Assembly: GCA_963850995.1 (NCBI GenBank)
Contig: CAWKNQ010000017.1
Location: 11,115-75,114 of the forward strand
Origin: an uncultured Gaiellaceae bacterium
GTDB lineage: Bacteria > Actinomycetota > Thermoleophilia > Gaiellales > Gaiellaceae
Length of the DNA: 64,000 bases
Direction of reading: 5' to 3'
Position numbers and translations under genes: made by a program. Positions within the stretch are counted from its first letter, which is position 1; each line of letters starts with the position of its first letter. The notes beneath the pieces were generated by a model. The model made no database searches. It saw only the letters and a program-made list of their open reading frames with translations, and had not been told where the DNA came from. Positions 18,958 to 28,154 of the stretch are shown piece by piece.

Positions 18958-20477
18958 TCTCCGTTTGGGACAAGACGGGCCTGGACGAGCTCGCGGCCGG
19001 ACTTGCCGAGCTCGGCTGGGAGCTCGTCGCGAGCGGCGGCACCGCGGCGCAGATCGAGGAGCTCGGTCTCGAGGTGACGAGGGTCGAGAGCCTGACCGAG
19101 TTTCCGGAGATGCTCGGCGGCCGCGTCAAGACCCTGCACCCGCGCATTCACGGCGGCATCCTCGCGCGGCGAGAGGTGGAGGCGGACGTCGCCGCGCTCG
19201 CCGAGCACGGGATCGAGCCGTTCGACCTCGTCTGCGTCAACCTCTATCCGTTCGAGCAGGTCGCGCGTGAGCACGGTGTCCGCGAGGAGGAGGCGGTCGA
19301 GATGATCGACGTCGGCGGGCCGGCGATGCTGCGGGCTGCCGCGAAGAACTTCGCCCACGTCGCGCCGCTCTGCCGGCCGGCCGACTACCCGACCGTGCTC
19401 GCGGAGCTGCGCGAGCACGGCGAGCTCGCGCACGAGACGCGCCGGGCGCTGGCCGCGACGGCGTTCTCCACCTCGGCGTCGTACGAGTCGGCGATTGCGG
19501 GCTGGTTCGCAGGCAGGCAGTCGTTCCCCGACGTGCTCGTGCCGGCGTTCGAGAAGCAGCTCGATCTCGCTTACGGCGAGAACCCGCACCAGCGCGCCGG
19601 CTACTACGCGGAGCGCGGCGCCCGCACGCACCTGCTCGCCCGCGTCGAGCAGCTGCACGGACGGGAGCTCTCGTACAACAACCTGAACGACCTGAACGCG
19701 GCCCGCCTGCTGCTGCGCGAGTTCACGCTGCCGGCCTGCGTGATCGTCAAGCATGCGAACCCGTGCGGAGTCGCGGTCGGCGCGTCGATCGAGGAGGCGT
19801 ACGAGCTCGCGCACGCCGCCGACCCGCTCTCCGCCTACGGCGGCGTCGTCGTGCTGAACCGGCCCGTCTCAGCCGTGCTCGGCGAGCGGCTCGCGGAGCA
19901 GTTCGTGGAGGTGCTCCACGCGCCCGGCTACGCCGAGGACGCACTGGAGGCGCTCACGCGCAAGCCGTCGACGCGGATCCTCGACGACCGCGAGCGGCGC
20001 GCGCCGGATCCGTCCGAGCGTCACTACCGGCGTGTGCTGGGCGGGCTGCTCGTGCAGGAGCGCGACTGGGACGTCGCCGACCGCGAGGGGATGGAGGTCG
20101 TCGCCGGGCAGCCGTCCGAAGCCGCCTGGGGCGACCTCCTCTTCGCCTGGCGCGTCTGCAAGCACGTCACCTCGAACGCGATCGTGCTCGTGCACGACCT
20201 CCACACGATCGGGATCGGCGCGGGGCAGATGAGCCGCGTCGACGCCGTCCGGATCGCGCTCGAGAAGGCGCGGGCGCACGGCCACTCGCTCGAGGGCGCT
20301 GCGCTGGCGTCCGACGCGTTCTTCCCCTTCCCGGACGGACCGCGGCTCGCGCTCGAGGCGGGCGTGACGGCGCTGATCCAACCCGGCGGCTCGAAGCGGG
20401 ACGAGGACGTCGTTGCCGCCGTCCAGAGCTCCGGCGCCGCGATGGTCTTCACCGGCCGCCGGCACTTCCGTCACTGA
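18945..20477 (+). CDS. purH: Bifunctional AICAR transformylase / IMP cyclohydrolase
   Basis: GTG at 18945. VRALISVWDKTGL...GGRVKTLHPRIHGGILA...VNLYPF...KHANPCGVA...GQMSRVDA...IQPGGSKRD...TGRRHFRH is present. Confidence 0.95.
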   Translation: MRALISVWDKTGLDELAAGLAELGWELVASGGTAAQIEELGLEVTRVESLTEFPEMLGGRVKTLHPRIHGGILARREVEADVAALAEHGIEPFDLVCVNLYPFEQVAREHGVREEEAVEMIDVGGPAMLRAAAKNFAHVAPLCRPADYPTVLAELREHGELAHETRRALAATAFSTSASYESAIAGWFAGRQSFPDVLVPAFEKQLDLAYGENPHQRAGYYAERGARTHLLARVEQLHGRELSYNNLNDLNAARLLLREFTLPACVIVKHANPCGVAVGASIEEAYELAHAADPLSAYGGVVVLNRPVSAVLGERLAEQFVEVLHAPGYAEDALEALTRKPSTRILDDRERRAPDPSERHYRRVLGGLLVQERDWDVADREGMEVVAGQPSEAAWGDLLFAWRVCKHVTSNAIVLVHDLHTIGIGAGQMSRVDAVRIALEKARAHGHSLEGAALASDAFFPFPDGPRLALEAGVTALIQPGGSKRDEDVVAAVQSSGAAMVFTGRRHFRH

Positions 20478-20538
20478 TCCGTGGACGCGCTCGAACTGGT
20501 GTGCGCACGTAACGGCGCCTTCGCACCGTTCGTGCGAC

Positions 20539-20931
20539 CTACTCCTCAAAGCGACTCGTGGCGTCACGATCGCGGTCGTACCGTCTCGTGAGCGGAAACG
20601 GCGGCAACCAGGACTCGCGACGGACGGTCCAGAGCTCGTAGGTTGGCCTCAGTTGGTCAGGGGCATCCAGGGATCCGAGGTTCACTTCGATTTCGTCTGC
20701 GCTGCGTGAGAAAACGGACGAGCCGCAGCGGGGACAGAAAGACCTCCCGGCGTAGTCGCGTGTTTCGCCGTCGATCGTCACCGCATCCTCAGGGAACACC
20801 GCGGAAGCGTGAAAAAGGGCCCCATGATGCTTGCGGCAGTCGAGACAGTGACAAACGCCGACCCGGTATGGGAGTCCCGACGCCACAATTCGGACGTTGC
20901 CGCACAGGCAACCGCCGGTGAATCGGTCCAT
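20539..20931 (-). CDS. GFA-family (CENP-V/glutathione-dependent formaldehyde-activating-like) Zn protein
   Basis: The protein reads MDRFTGGCLCGNVRI...CHCLDCRKHHGA...FCPRCGSSVF. GC is visibly lower than in neighbouring genes. Confidence 0.85.
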   Translation of the reverse strand: MDRFTGGCLCGNVRIVASGLPYRVGVCHCLDCRKHHGALFHASAVFPEDAVTIDGETRDYAGRSFCPRCGSSVFSRSADEIEVNLGSLDAPDQLRPTYELWTVRRESWLPPFPLTRRYDRDRDATSRFEE

Positions 20932-21036
20932 GCTGCGTCTCCTCTAAATCAAGCGGCCGAAGTAGTTACAACGAACAGCACTGTCATCGCAATTCCCCGC
21001 TGCAGGCCCGAATGGCGGCCGCGGACGGCCATGGAG

Positions 21037-21930
21037 TCACCGGCGATCCTGGACGAGCTCGGGCTGACCGGTGAGCTCTGGCAGCTGACGTGACCGCTCG
21101 CGGTGCACCGCCACGCCGCCGACGACGAGCACGACACCGACGAGCTCGACCCGCGTCGGCACCTGACCGAGCACGACGACGCCGATCGCGGTCGCGGTCG
21201 CCGGCAGCAACGAGACCAACAGCGCATACGTCGCCCGCTCGAGGCGCGCCATCGCCAGCTGGTCGCAGACGTACGGGATCACCGAGGACGCGATCCCGAC
21301 GCCGATCCCGGCCGCGAGCGCGACCGGATCGGTGAGCGCCGGCGCCGCATTCCAGGCGCCGAGCGGCGTCACGACGACGAGCGCGACGAGCATCGAGGCG
21401 GCGAGGCCGTCGATGCCGCTCACCACCTCGCCCTGCGCGACCCGATGGCCGAGCACGATGTAGGCCGCGAAGAGCAGCGCGTTCGCGAGCGCCAGGGCGA
21501 CGCCGATCGGCTCGCCCTCGAGCTGGACGTCGGTGAGCAGGTAGACGCCGGCGACCGCGAGCGCGAGGGCGGCGCCGTTCCGCAGCGTCCGCGCTCCCAG
21601 CGCAGCCAGTGCGATCACGGGCAAGAACTCGATGGCTGCGACCGTGCCGAGTGGTAGTCGGTCGATCGCGAGGTAGAAGCACGCGTTCATCACGGCCAGC
21701 ACGGAGCCCCAGGCAACGAGCAGTCGGCGGCCGCGATCGTCGAGTCGCGCGTACGCCCGCCAGGGTCGCCGCCAGACCGCGAAGACCGCCGCAGCCGCCG
21801 CGATCCGCAGCCAGGCGACCCCCAGCGGCTCGACGCGCGCGAAGAGCAGCACGGCGAAGGCGGGACCGAGGTAGTGGAAGACCGCGCTGCCGACGAAGTA
21901 GGCGTGTGGAGGAAGCCGCCGAATGATCAC
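21037..21930 (-). CDS. EamA/DMT-family transporter
   Basis: A 297-aa polytopic ORF lying divergent to an Lrp/AsnC regulator. Confidence 0.8.
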   Translation of the reverse strand: MIIRRLPPHAYFVGSAVFHYLGPAFAVLLFARVEPLGVAWLRIAAAAAVFAVWRRPWRAYARLDDRGRRLLVAWGSVLAVMNACFYLAIDRLPLGTVAAIEFLPVIALAALGARTLRNGAALALAVAGVYLLTDVQLEGEPIGVALALANALLFAAYIVLGHRVAQGEVVSGIDGLAASMLVALVVVTPLGAWNAAPALTDPVALAAGIGVGIASSVIPYVCDQLAMARLERATYALLVSLLPATATAIGVVVLGQVPTRVELVGVVLVVGGVAVHRERSRQLPELTGQPELVQDRR

Positions 21931-21991
21931 GAGGTATGATCCCCGGCCAGGGCGGCGATTGACCCCTTCGAGCGAAAGGATCCGACGCGAG

Positions 21992-22462
21992 ATGGCAACG
22001 AAGCAACGGCGATCGAGCGTTTCTACCTTCGACGCGACCGACCGGCGCCTGCTCGCCGAGCTTCAGGAGGACGCGCGCCTCACGCACGCGGAGCTGGGGC
22101 GCCGGGTCAACCTGTCGGCGCCGGCGGTCGCGGAGCGAGTCCGCAGGCTCGAGCGCGACGGCGTCATCGAGGGCTACCGGGCCGAAGTCGACCCGAAGGC
22201 GCTCGGCTACTCGCTCGGCGCGATCATGCGGATCCGGCCGTCTGCGCGGCAGCTACACACGGTGGCCGAGCTTGCGCGCGAGACGCCCGAGGTCGTCGAG
22301 TGCCACCGGATCACGGGTGAGGACTGTTTCTTCATGAAGTTGCACCTGCGGGACGTCGAGCACCTCGAGGAGGTGCTCGACCAGTTCATCCTGTACGGCC
22401 AGACGACGACGTCGATCATCCAGTCCTCGCCGGTGCCCCGGCGCGGCCCGGCCGTTACGTAG
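21992..22462 (+). CDS. Lrp/AsnC-family transcriptional regulator
   Basis: ATG at 21992. DATDRRLLAELQEDARLTHAELGRRVNLSAPAVAERVRRLERDGVIEGY is followed by an AsnC_trans_reg domain. Confidence 0.9.
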   Translation: MATKQRRSSVSTFDATDRRLLAELQEDARLTHAELGRRVNLSAPAVAERVRRLERDGVIEGYRAEVDPKALGYSLGAIMRIRPSARQLHTVAELARETPEVVECHRITGEDCFFMKLHLRDVEHLEEVLDQFILYGQTTTSIIQSSPVPRRGPAVT

Positions 22463-22474
22463 GCTTACGCGCCG

Positions 22475-23878
22475 ATGCCACGGGAGTATCCGACGCTGCT
22501 CGACCTCGTCGGCCGGACGCCGATCGTCCGGCTCGACCGGATCGGGCGTGAGGTCGAGCCGCAGCTGCTCGCCAAGCTCGAGTACCTGAACCCCGGCGGC
22601 TCGAACAAGGACCGGATCGGGATGGCGATGATCGAGGCTGCCGAGCGCGAGGGGAAGCTGCGCCCGGGCGGCACGATCGTCGAGCCGACCTCGGGCAACA
22701 CGGGCGTCGGACTTGCGATCGCCGCCGCAGCTCGCGGCTACCGCTGCATCTTCGTGATGCCGGACAAGATGAGCCAGGAGAAGATCTCGATGCTGCGGGC
22801 GTACGGCGCCGAGGTCGTGATCACGCCGACCGCGGTCGAGCACGACTCGCCGGAGAGCTACTACTCCGTCTCCGACCGGCTCGCCGAGGAGATCCCGGGC
22901 GGGTTCAAGCCCGACCAGTACTCGAACATGGCCAACCCGCAGGCCCACTACGAGACCACGGGGCCCGAGATCTGGGAGCAGACCGGCGGCGAGATCGACG
23001 CGCTCGTGATCTCGGTCGGCACCGGCGGGACGATCTCCGGGGCGGGCCGCTATCTCAAGGAGCGGAACGCGGACATCCTCGTGGTCGGCGCCGATCCGGA
23101 GGGCTCCATCTTCACCTCGGAGGAGACGCACCCGTACCTCGTCGAGGGCATCGGCAAGGACACCTGGCCGGAGACGATGTCGCGCGACGTCGTCGACCGC
23201 TGGGTTCGCGTCTCCGACCGCGACTCGTTCGTGACCGCGCGCCGCCTCGCCCGCGAGGAAGGGATTCTTGCGGGAGGCTCCGCGGGCACGACGATCTGGG
23301 CGGCGCTCGAGGTCGCGCGGGAGCTCGGGCCGGACGCGACGATCCTCACCGTCCTCCCCGACTCCGGCCGCTCCTACCTGTCGAAGTTCTACGACGACAA
23401 CTGGATGCTCCAGTACGGCTTCCTCGAGCGGCGGGCTCCCGTGCCGACGATCGACGAGGTGCTGCGGCACAAGCGCGCCGAGGAGCACGAGGTTCCCGAC
23501 CTCGTCACGATCGCGTCGCACGCGAAGGTCGGCGCCGCGATCGACCTGATGCAGCGCTACTCGATCTCGCAGCTCCCGGTCGTCCGCCACGAGCCGGCCG
23601 AGTCTCTTGCCGACATCGTCGGCTCGCTCCAGGAGCGCGGCGTGCTCGACCGTGTCTTCAAGAACTCGGACGCGCTCAACGAGGACGTCGCGGCGCTGAT
23701 GCAGCCGCCGCTCGCCGCGGTCGACGTCGGCGACACCCTCGACCAGGTCTTCGCCGATCTCTCCGGGCCGAGCGCAGCCGTCGTCGTCGCTGCCGCGGGC
23801 CGCCCGGCCGCGATCCTCACGCGGTCTGATCTGCTGGAGTACCTCGCGCACCAGCGGTCTCAGGTGAACGGGGCGTAG
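22475..23878 (+). CDS. Cystathionine beta-synthase (PLP fold-II domain plus C-terminal CBS pair)
   Basis: LLDLVGRTPIVRL...LEYLNPGGSNKDRIG...EPTSGNTGVGLA... is followed by a CBS-pair tail (ISQLPVV...ILTRSDLLEYL). Confidence 0.9.
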   Translation: MPREYPTLLDLVGRTPIVRLDRIGREVEPQLLAKLEYLNPGGSNKDRIGMAMIEAAEREGKLRPGGTIVEPTSGNTGVGLAIAAAARGYRCIFVMPDKMSQEKISMLRAYGAEVVITPTAVEHDSPESYYSVSDRLAEEIPGGFKPDQYSNMANPQAHYETTGPEIWEQTGGEIDALVISVGTGGTISGAGRYLKERNADILVVGADPEGSIFTSEETHPYLVEGIGKDTWPETMSRDVVDRWVRVSDRDSFVTARRLAREEGILAGGSAGTTIWAALEVARELGPDATILTVLPDSGRSYLSKFYDDNWMLQYGFLERRAPVPTIDEVLRHKRAEEHEVPDLVTIASHAKVGAAIDLMQRYSISQLPVVRHEPAESLADIVGSLQERGVLDRVFKNSDALNEDVAALMQPPLAAVDVGDTLDQVFADLSGPSAAVVVAAAGRPAAILTRSDLLEYLAHQRSQVNGA

Positions 23879-24755
23879 TCCGGCCTTCCTGCCGGACCGC
23901 GACGAAGACCGAGCCGACGATCAGGGCGGCACCCAGGCCGACGGCGAGCGTGATCTTCTCGTCGAGCAGGAGCGCGCCGAGTGCGATCGCGACGAGCGGG
24001 TTCACGTACTGGTGCGTGACGACCTTCGAGATCGGTGCGTTCCGGAGCAGCCATGTGTACGCCGTGAAGGCGACGAGCGTGCCGAAGATGCCGAGATAGA
24101 GCCACGCGAGCACAGACTCGAGGCTGAACGAGGCCGGATCGGCTGAGCCGAGCTCGCCGCGCGCAGTCCCGAGGAGCAGGAGGACGACCCCCGCGCTCAG
24201 CATCTGCCAGGTCGACGCGACGAAGCCGTCCTGCGGGAGCGGCAACCGGTGGCCGAAGAACGAGCCGAGCGACCACGAGATGCTCGCGCCGAGCGCGAGC
24301 GCAAGCCCGATCGCGCTGGACGAGCCCTCGCCCCCCGGGATGACGACCAGGGCGAGCCCGCCGAGGCCCACGAGGACGGAGAGCCGCGTCGCGAGCGCGA
24401 CCCGCTCGCGCGCGAGCGTGCGCAGAAGGATCACCTGCAGCGGCACCGTGCCGGCGATCATCGCGGCCGTGCTCGAGTCGATCCGAGTCTCGGCGAGGGT
24501 GACGACGCCGACGCCGAGCGCGAGCAGCGCCGTGCCGACGACCGTGGCCGCACCGAGCTCTCGCGGGGCGACCCGGAGGCTGCGTCCGGTCGCGACGAGG
24601 ATCAGCGCGAGGAGTGCCCCGGCGAGGAGGAAGCGCGTGCCGGCCGAGAGAAACGCCGGCAGCGTGCGTACCGAGATCTTGATCGCCAAGTACGTCGAGC
24701 CCCAGACCAGGTAGACGGTCCAGAGGGCAATCAGGAACTTCCAGCGGGCGGCCAT
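23817..24755 (-). CDS. EamA/DMT-family transporter
   Basis: MAARWKFLIALWTVYLVWGSTYLAIKISV... The start is taken at the second ATG (24755). The 3' end overlaps the CBS gene by 62 nt. Confidence 0.8.
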   Translation of the reverse strand: MAARWKFLIALWTVYLVWGSTYLAIKISVRTLPAFLSAGTRFLLAGALLALILVATGRSLRVAPRELGAATVVGTALLALGVGVVTLAETRIDSSTAAMIAGTVPLQVILLRTLARERVALATRLSVLVGLGGLALVVIPGGEGSSSAIGLALALGASISWSLGSFFGHRLPLPQDGFVASTWQMLSAGVVLLLLGTARGELGSADPASFSLESVLAWLYLGIFGTLVAFTAYTWLLRNAPISKVVTHQYVNPLVAIALGALLLDEKITLAVGLGAALIVGSVFVAVRQEGRTTPRSPETAGARGTPADQTA

Positions 24756-24803
24756 GCCACTACAAGGCAACGCCAGCCAGAGGCGTGAGATTCCTCGGCC
24801 GAG

Positions 24804-25496
24804 TCAGCTCGGGGTTGAGCAGAGGTACTCCGCGTAGATTCTGTTCGGGGAGTACGTGGCCTGGTCGATGCGAAAGCCGGCGCGCTCGAGCATCGGCTCC
24901 AGCAGCCAGTTGAAGGTGCTGTGCTCGGTGGCCAGGTGCGTCTCGAGCTCGGCGCGTGTCCAGCCGTGGGCAGTGTCCTCGGCCGCGCCGTCCAGCCACT
25001 GCGCGACGAACGACTCGGTTTCGGCCGGCTCGCATGAGAAGACGAGATCCCGCAGGCGGAGGACGCCACCCGGTCGCAGCAGCTCCGCCAGCCGCTGCAA
25101 GGCGAGCGCTTTCCAGAAGTCGGGTAGGTGGTGGAGGGCGTTTCGCGAGTAAACGGCGTCGGGCGGCGCTCCGGTGTGCTCGTAGCTGAGAAAGCCGGCC
25201 TGAACGCACTCCACGTTTGAGATGCCTTGCGCGGCCGCGCGCGAGCGAATCGCCGCGACCATCGCCGGCGAGATGTCGACGGCGAATACCCGCCGGCACA
25301 TGGGCGCGACGGCGAGCGCGAACGTGCCGGTCCCGGCACCGACATCGACGAGTGTGCTGTCGGAATCGACGCCGTGGCGCCGCAGCACGGCCAGGTCCTC
25401 GGCGGGATCGAAAGCTGCCTTCTGGTCATAGCGCTCGACGTAGTCGGCATCGAGGTGCTCCGGGCCGGCGAGCGCGATCTCGTCGAGCAGTCGCAC
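24804..25496 (-). CDS. Class I SAM-dependent methyltransferase
   Basis: This is the C-terminal part of ORF 24804..26258. The GTG at 25496 lies 3 nt after the upstream stop. The motif is TLVDVGAGTGTFALAVA...VFAVDISPAMV. Confidence 0.75.
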   Translation of the reverse strand: MRLLDEIALAGPEHLDADYVERYDQKAAFDPAEDLAVLRRHGVDSDSTLVDVGAGTGTFALAVAPMCRRVFAVDISPAMVAAIRSRAAAQGISNVECVQAGFLSYEHTGAPPDAVYSRNALHHLPDFWKALALQRLAELLRPGGVLRLRDLVFSCEPAETESFVAQWLDGAAEDTAHGWTRAELETHLATEHSTFNWLLEPMLERAGFRIDQATYSPNRIYAEYLCSTPS

Positions 25497-25498
25497 CG

Positions 25499-26496
25499 TC
25501 AGGCTGACCTGATGAAGCTCGCCTCGTGGCCGCGGGAGTTGGCGGCCTCGAGCTCGTCCCGGGTGAGCGCGCCGATCCGCTCCAGCAGCTCGAGCTCGTC
25601 GCGCAGGTGCGTGCGCATCATCTCGGGCCCGTCCGTCGCGATCGTGAAGGCGACGCCGTTCTCGACGAACGCCCGGAACGTCGCGCGCACGGCATCCTCG
25701 TCCGGGAGCGCCTTCGTGAGCAGGTTCGACGTCGGGCAGATCTCCAGCACGATGCCCTGCTCCTGCAGGAGGCGCATCAACTCGGGGTGCTGGGCCGCGA
25801 GGATGCCGTGGCCGATCCGGTCGGGGCGAAGGTGCTCGACCACCTCTCGCGACCTCCTCCGCGCCCGTCTCGCCTTCCTCCCCGACGTGGATCGTGACGC
25901 CGAGCCCCGCCGCCCGCGCGGCCTCGACCATGGGTGTGATCTGCGTGTAGTCGTAGCGGCCACCGCCCGGCCGCGGGCCTGCGATGTCGATTCCGACGAC
26001 TCCCCGTGATGCCCAGCTGATCGCCTTCTCGACGATCACTTCGTTCTGCCGGTGCGAGAACGTCCGGTCCATCATCAGGATCAGTCCGGCTCGAACCTGC
26101 GGATACTCGAGGCCGGCGATGTCGAGACCGCGGATCGCGGCGAGGATGATGTGGTCGAGGTCGCGCTCGCCGCCCCGGTTCCGCTTCATCGGGTTGAAGC
26201 GCAGCTCGAGCGTCGTGATCCTCTGGCTGCGATAGGCGCCGCCGATTGCGCCGTGCACCGAGCGCTCGACTGCGAGCGGGGAGGACTGGATCAGCTCCGT
26301 CCAGTGGTAGATCCGGTCGAGCGCGTCGAGGTTCTCGACGCCGCGCGGGATCGGAGACGGTGACGAGCGCGTCGAACTCCCAGTAGTCCTTCACCGGGAG
26401 CGCGATCCCCTGCTCGTGCGCGAGCGACCAAAGGATGTCGGAGGCGACCGAGCCGCCGAGGTGGGTGTGCAGCTCGGCGAGACCCTGGTCGAGCAT
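25499..26496 (-). pseudogene. Adenosine/AMP-deaminase-family metallohydrolase with two frameshifts (~26350 and ~25850)
   Basis: The motifs are in order but in three frames: AELHTHLGGS (ORF 25777..26496), TLELRFNP...TIHVGEEG (ORF 24804..26258 frame), then RIGHGI...LEICPTSN...TIATDGP (ORF 25499..25963). Confidence 0.7.
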
Positions 26497-26511
26497 CGCG
26501 TTCGAGCTTAT

Positions 26512-26534
26512 CCAAGTAACAGACTGTTACTTGG
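26512..26534. repeat. 23-bp palindrome CCAAGTAACAGACTGTTACTTGG (copy 2, central A)
   Basis: Read directly. It lies 16 nt upstream of the deaminase ATG (26496) and contains the TAA stop (26527-26529, minus strand) of the esterase gene. Confidence 0.9.
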
Positions 26535-27156
26535 CGTCGAGCGCGCTCGCGACGAACTCTCGGAGCTCGGGGACGATGCGGGGGTCGATCGTGTGCGCGA
26601 GCGGCGCTTCGCGGTAGAGCACGTCGGCTCCGGCCTGCTCGAGCGTGGCCCGCGCCTGGCGGCTGAAGTCGGCCGGGATGACGGCGTCGAGCGAGCCGTG
26701 GGCGATCGCGACCGGGTAGCCCTCGAGCCCGCCGAGGTCGAGCTCGAGCCCGTCGACGCTGGGCATGAACCCTGAGAGGGCGACGATCCCGGCGGGCCGC
26801 GTACCGGCGCCGCGGCCGAGCCCGAGCGCCCAGCTCATCACCGCGCCCTGAGAGAAGCCGCCGAGCACGGTGCGCTCGAGCGGGATGTCGAGCGCGTCGA
26901 GCCAGGCCGACGCGGCCTCGAAGGTGGGCCAGAACGTGGACGGTTCCGGGGTGGGGAGGCCGCCCAGCGCATACCAGTGCGCGCCGCCCGGGGGCAGCGA
27001 GAGCGGCCCGCGCGGGGTCACGCCGAGGAGTCGCCTCTCCGGGTCGAGGGCGTCGAGAAGGGGGTAGAGGTCGCGCTCGTCGGCGCCGCGGCCGTGCAGG
27101 AGGACGAGCGCGCCCTCCGGCTCGGCCGCGGCGGGCCGCTCGAGCGCCTCGATCAC
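26527..27156 (-). CDS. Phospholipase/carboxylesterase-family alpha/beta hydrolase (MhqD-like)
   Basis: A GTG at 27156 overlaps the upstream stop (GTGA). LVLLHGRGADERDL...GGFSQGAVMS...IAHGSLDAVIP is present. Confidence 0.8.
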   Translation of the reverse strand: MIEALERPAAAEPEGALVLLHGRGADERDLYPLLDALDPERRLLGVTPRGPLSLPPGGAHWYALGGLPTPEPSTFWPTFEAASAWLDALDIPLERTVLGGFSQGAVMSWALGLGRGAGTRPAGIVALSGFMPSVDGLELDLGGLEGYPVAIAHGSLDAVIPADFSRQARATLEQAGADVLYREAPLAHTIDPRIVPELREFVASALDAK

Positions 27157-28079
27157 GTCGCCGCCCACGCGCCGCGAGGATCGGGCAGCGGCGTGAGCGC
27201 CGGCTCGATCCGCTCGCGCAGGTGCTCGAACGCGGGCGGCAGCGAGAGCCGCTCGCCCAGGTGCTCGGGATCCTCGTCGGTCGCGAACCCGGGGCCGAGC
27301 GTGGCGAGCTCGAAGAGGACACCGCTCGGCTCGCGGAAGTAGATCGACTTGAAGTAGAAGCGGTCGATCACGGGCGTGGGCCGGTAGCCGGCAGCCTCGA
27401 CGTGCCGCTGCCAGGCCTCGTGCTCCTCTTGCTGCGTCCCCCAGGCAACGTGGTGCACCGTGCCCGCGCCGGGCACTCCCGCTCCCGCCGGAGGCGCGTC
27501 GTAGCTGATCCAGCCGCCGCGACGGGCGCCGCGCGCCTCCCACGTGGAGTCGCCTGCCGCGGTGAAGCCGAGCGTCTCCTCGAGCAGGCCGCGGCTGCGC
27601 TCCGGATCGGAGGAGAACGCGCGCACGCCCTCGAAGCCCTGCAGCGCGAGCCCCGACGGGATCTCGGGGTGCTTCGCGACGAGCGGCGCGTCGGCGGTCT
27701 CGACGACGGCGAGCTCGAGCCGCATCCCCTCGAAGTCGGTGAAGACGAGGCCGGACTCGTGCCGCTCGACCTCGACGCCCTCGGCGCCGAGCCGCTCCTC
27801 CCAGAAGTCGAGCGCGTCGGTGCTCGCGACCCGCCAGACGATCGTGTGGATCATCCCGGCTCCAGCGCGGCCGCGGCGCGCGCCCGGGTACTCGAAGAAG
27901 GTGATGTCGGCGCCGGCACTCCCCTGCTCGTCCGCGTAGAAGAGGTGGTAGACGGTCGGGTCGTCCTGGTTGACGGTCTTCTTGACGAGGCGCAGGCCGA
28001 GCACGCGGGTGTAGAAGTCGACGTTCCGGGGAGCGTCCCCGGTGATCAGCGTGATGTGGTGGATTCCTTCGAGCCGCAT
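27153..28079 (-). CDS. Ring-cleaving dioxygenase, two-domain VOC family (MhqO/YkcA-like)
   Basis: The protein reads MRLEGIHHITLITGDAPRNVDFYTRVLGLRLVKKTVNQDDPTVYHLFYAD...VHHVAW...YFKSIYFREPSGVLFELAT. Confidence 0.85.
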   Translation of the reverse strand: MRLEGIHHITLITGDAPRNVDFYTRVLGLRLVKKTVNQDDPTVYHLFYADEQGSAGADITFFEYPGARRGRAGAGMIHTIVWRVASTDALDFWEERLGAEGVEVERHESGLVFTDFEGMRLELAVVETADAPLVAKHPEIPSGLALQGFEGVRAFSSDPERSRGLLEETLGFTAAGDSTWEARGARRGGWISYDAPPAGAGVPGAGTVHHVAWGTQQEEHEAWQRHVEAAGYRPTPVIDRFYFKSIYFREPSGVLFELATLGPGFATDEDPEHLGERLSLPPAFEHLRERIEPALTPLPDPRGAWAAT

Positions 28080-28112
28080 CGGCCCTCGCTTTCTGGGTCA
28101 TCTCTTGGCCTG

Positions 28113-28140
28113 TTGACTTTCTTGCGTGTGCAAATATAAT
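28113..28140 (+). promoter_or_regulatory. Sigma-70-like promoter TTGACT-16 nt-TATAAT, probably driving a leaderless MarR transcript
   Basis: TTGACT is at 28113-28118 and TATAAT at 28135-28140. The first ATG of the MarR ORF is at 28149, only 9 nt after the -10 element. Confidence 0.6.
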
Positions 28141-28154
28141 AGTTGCAGATGCAA
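28122..28154. promoter_or_regulatory. Two TTGC-N4-GCAA pseudo-palindromes spaced 21 nt apart (candidate MarR operators)
   Basis: TTGCGTGTGCAA is at 28122-28133 and TTGCAGATGCAA at 28143-28154. They overlap the promoter spacer and the start codon. Confidence 0.45.
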
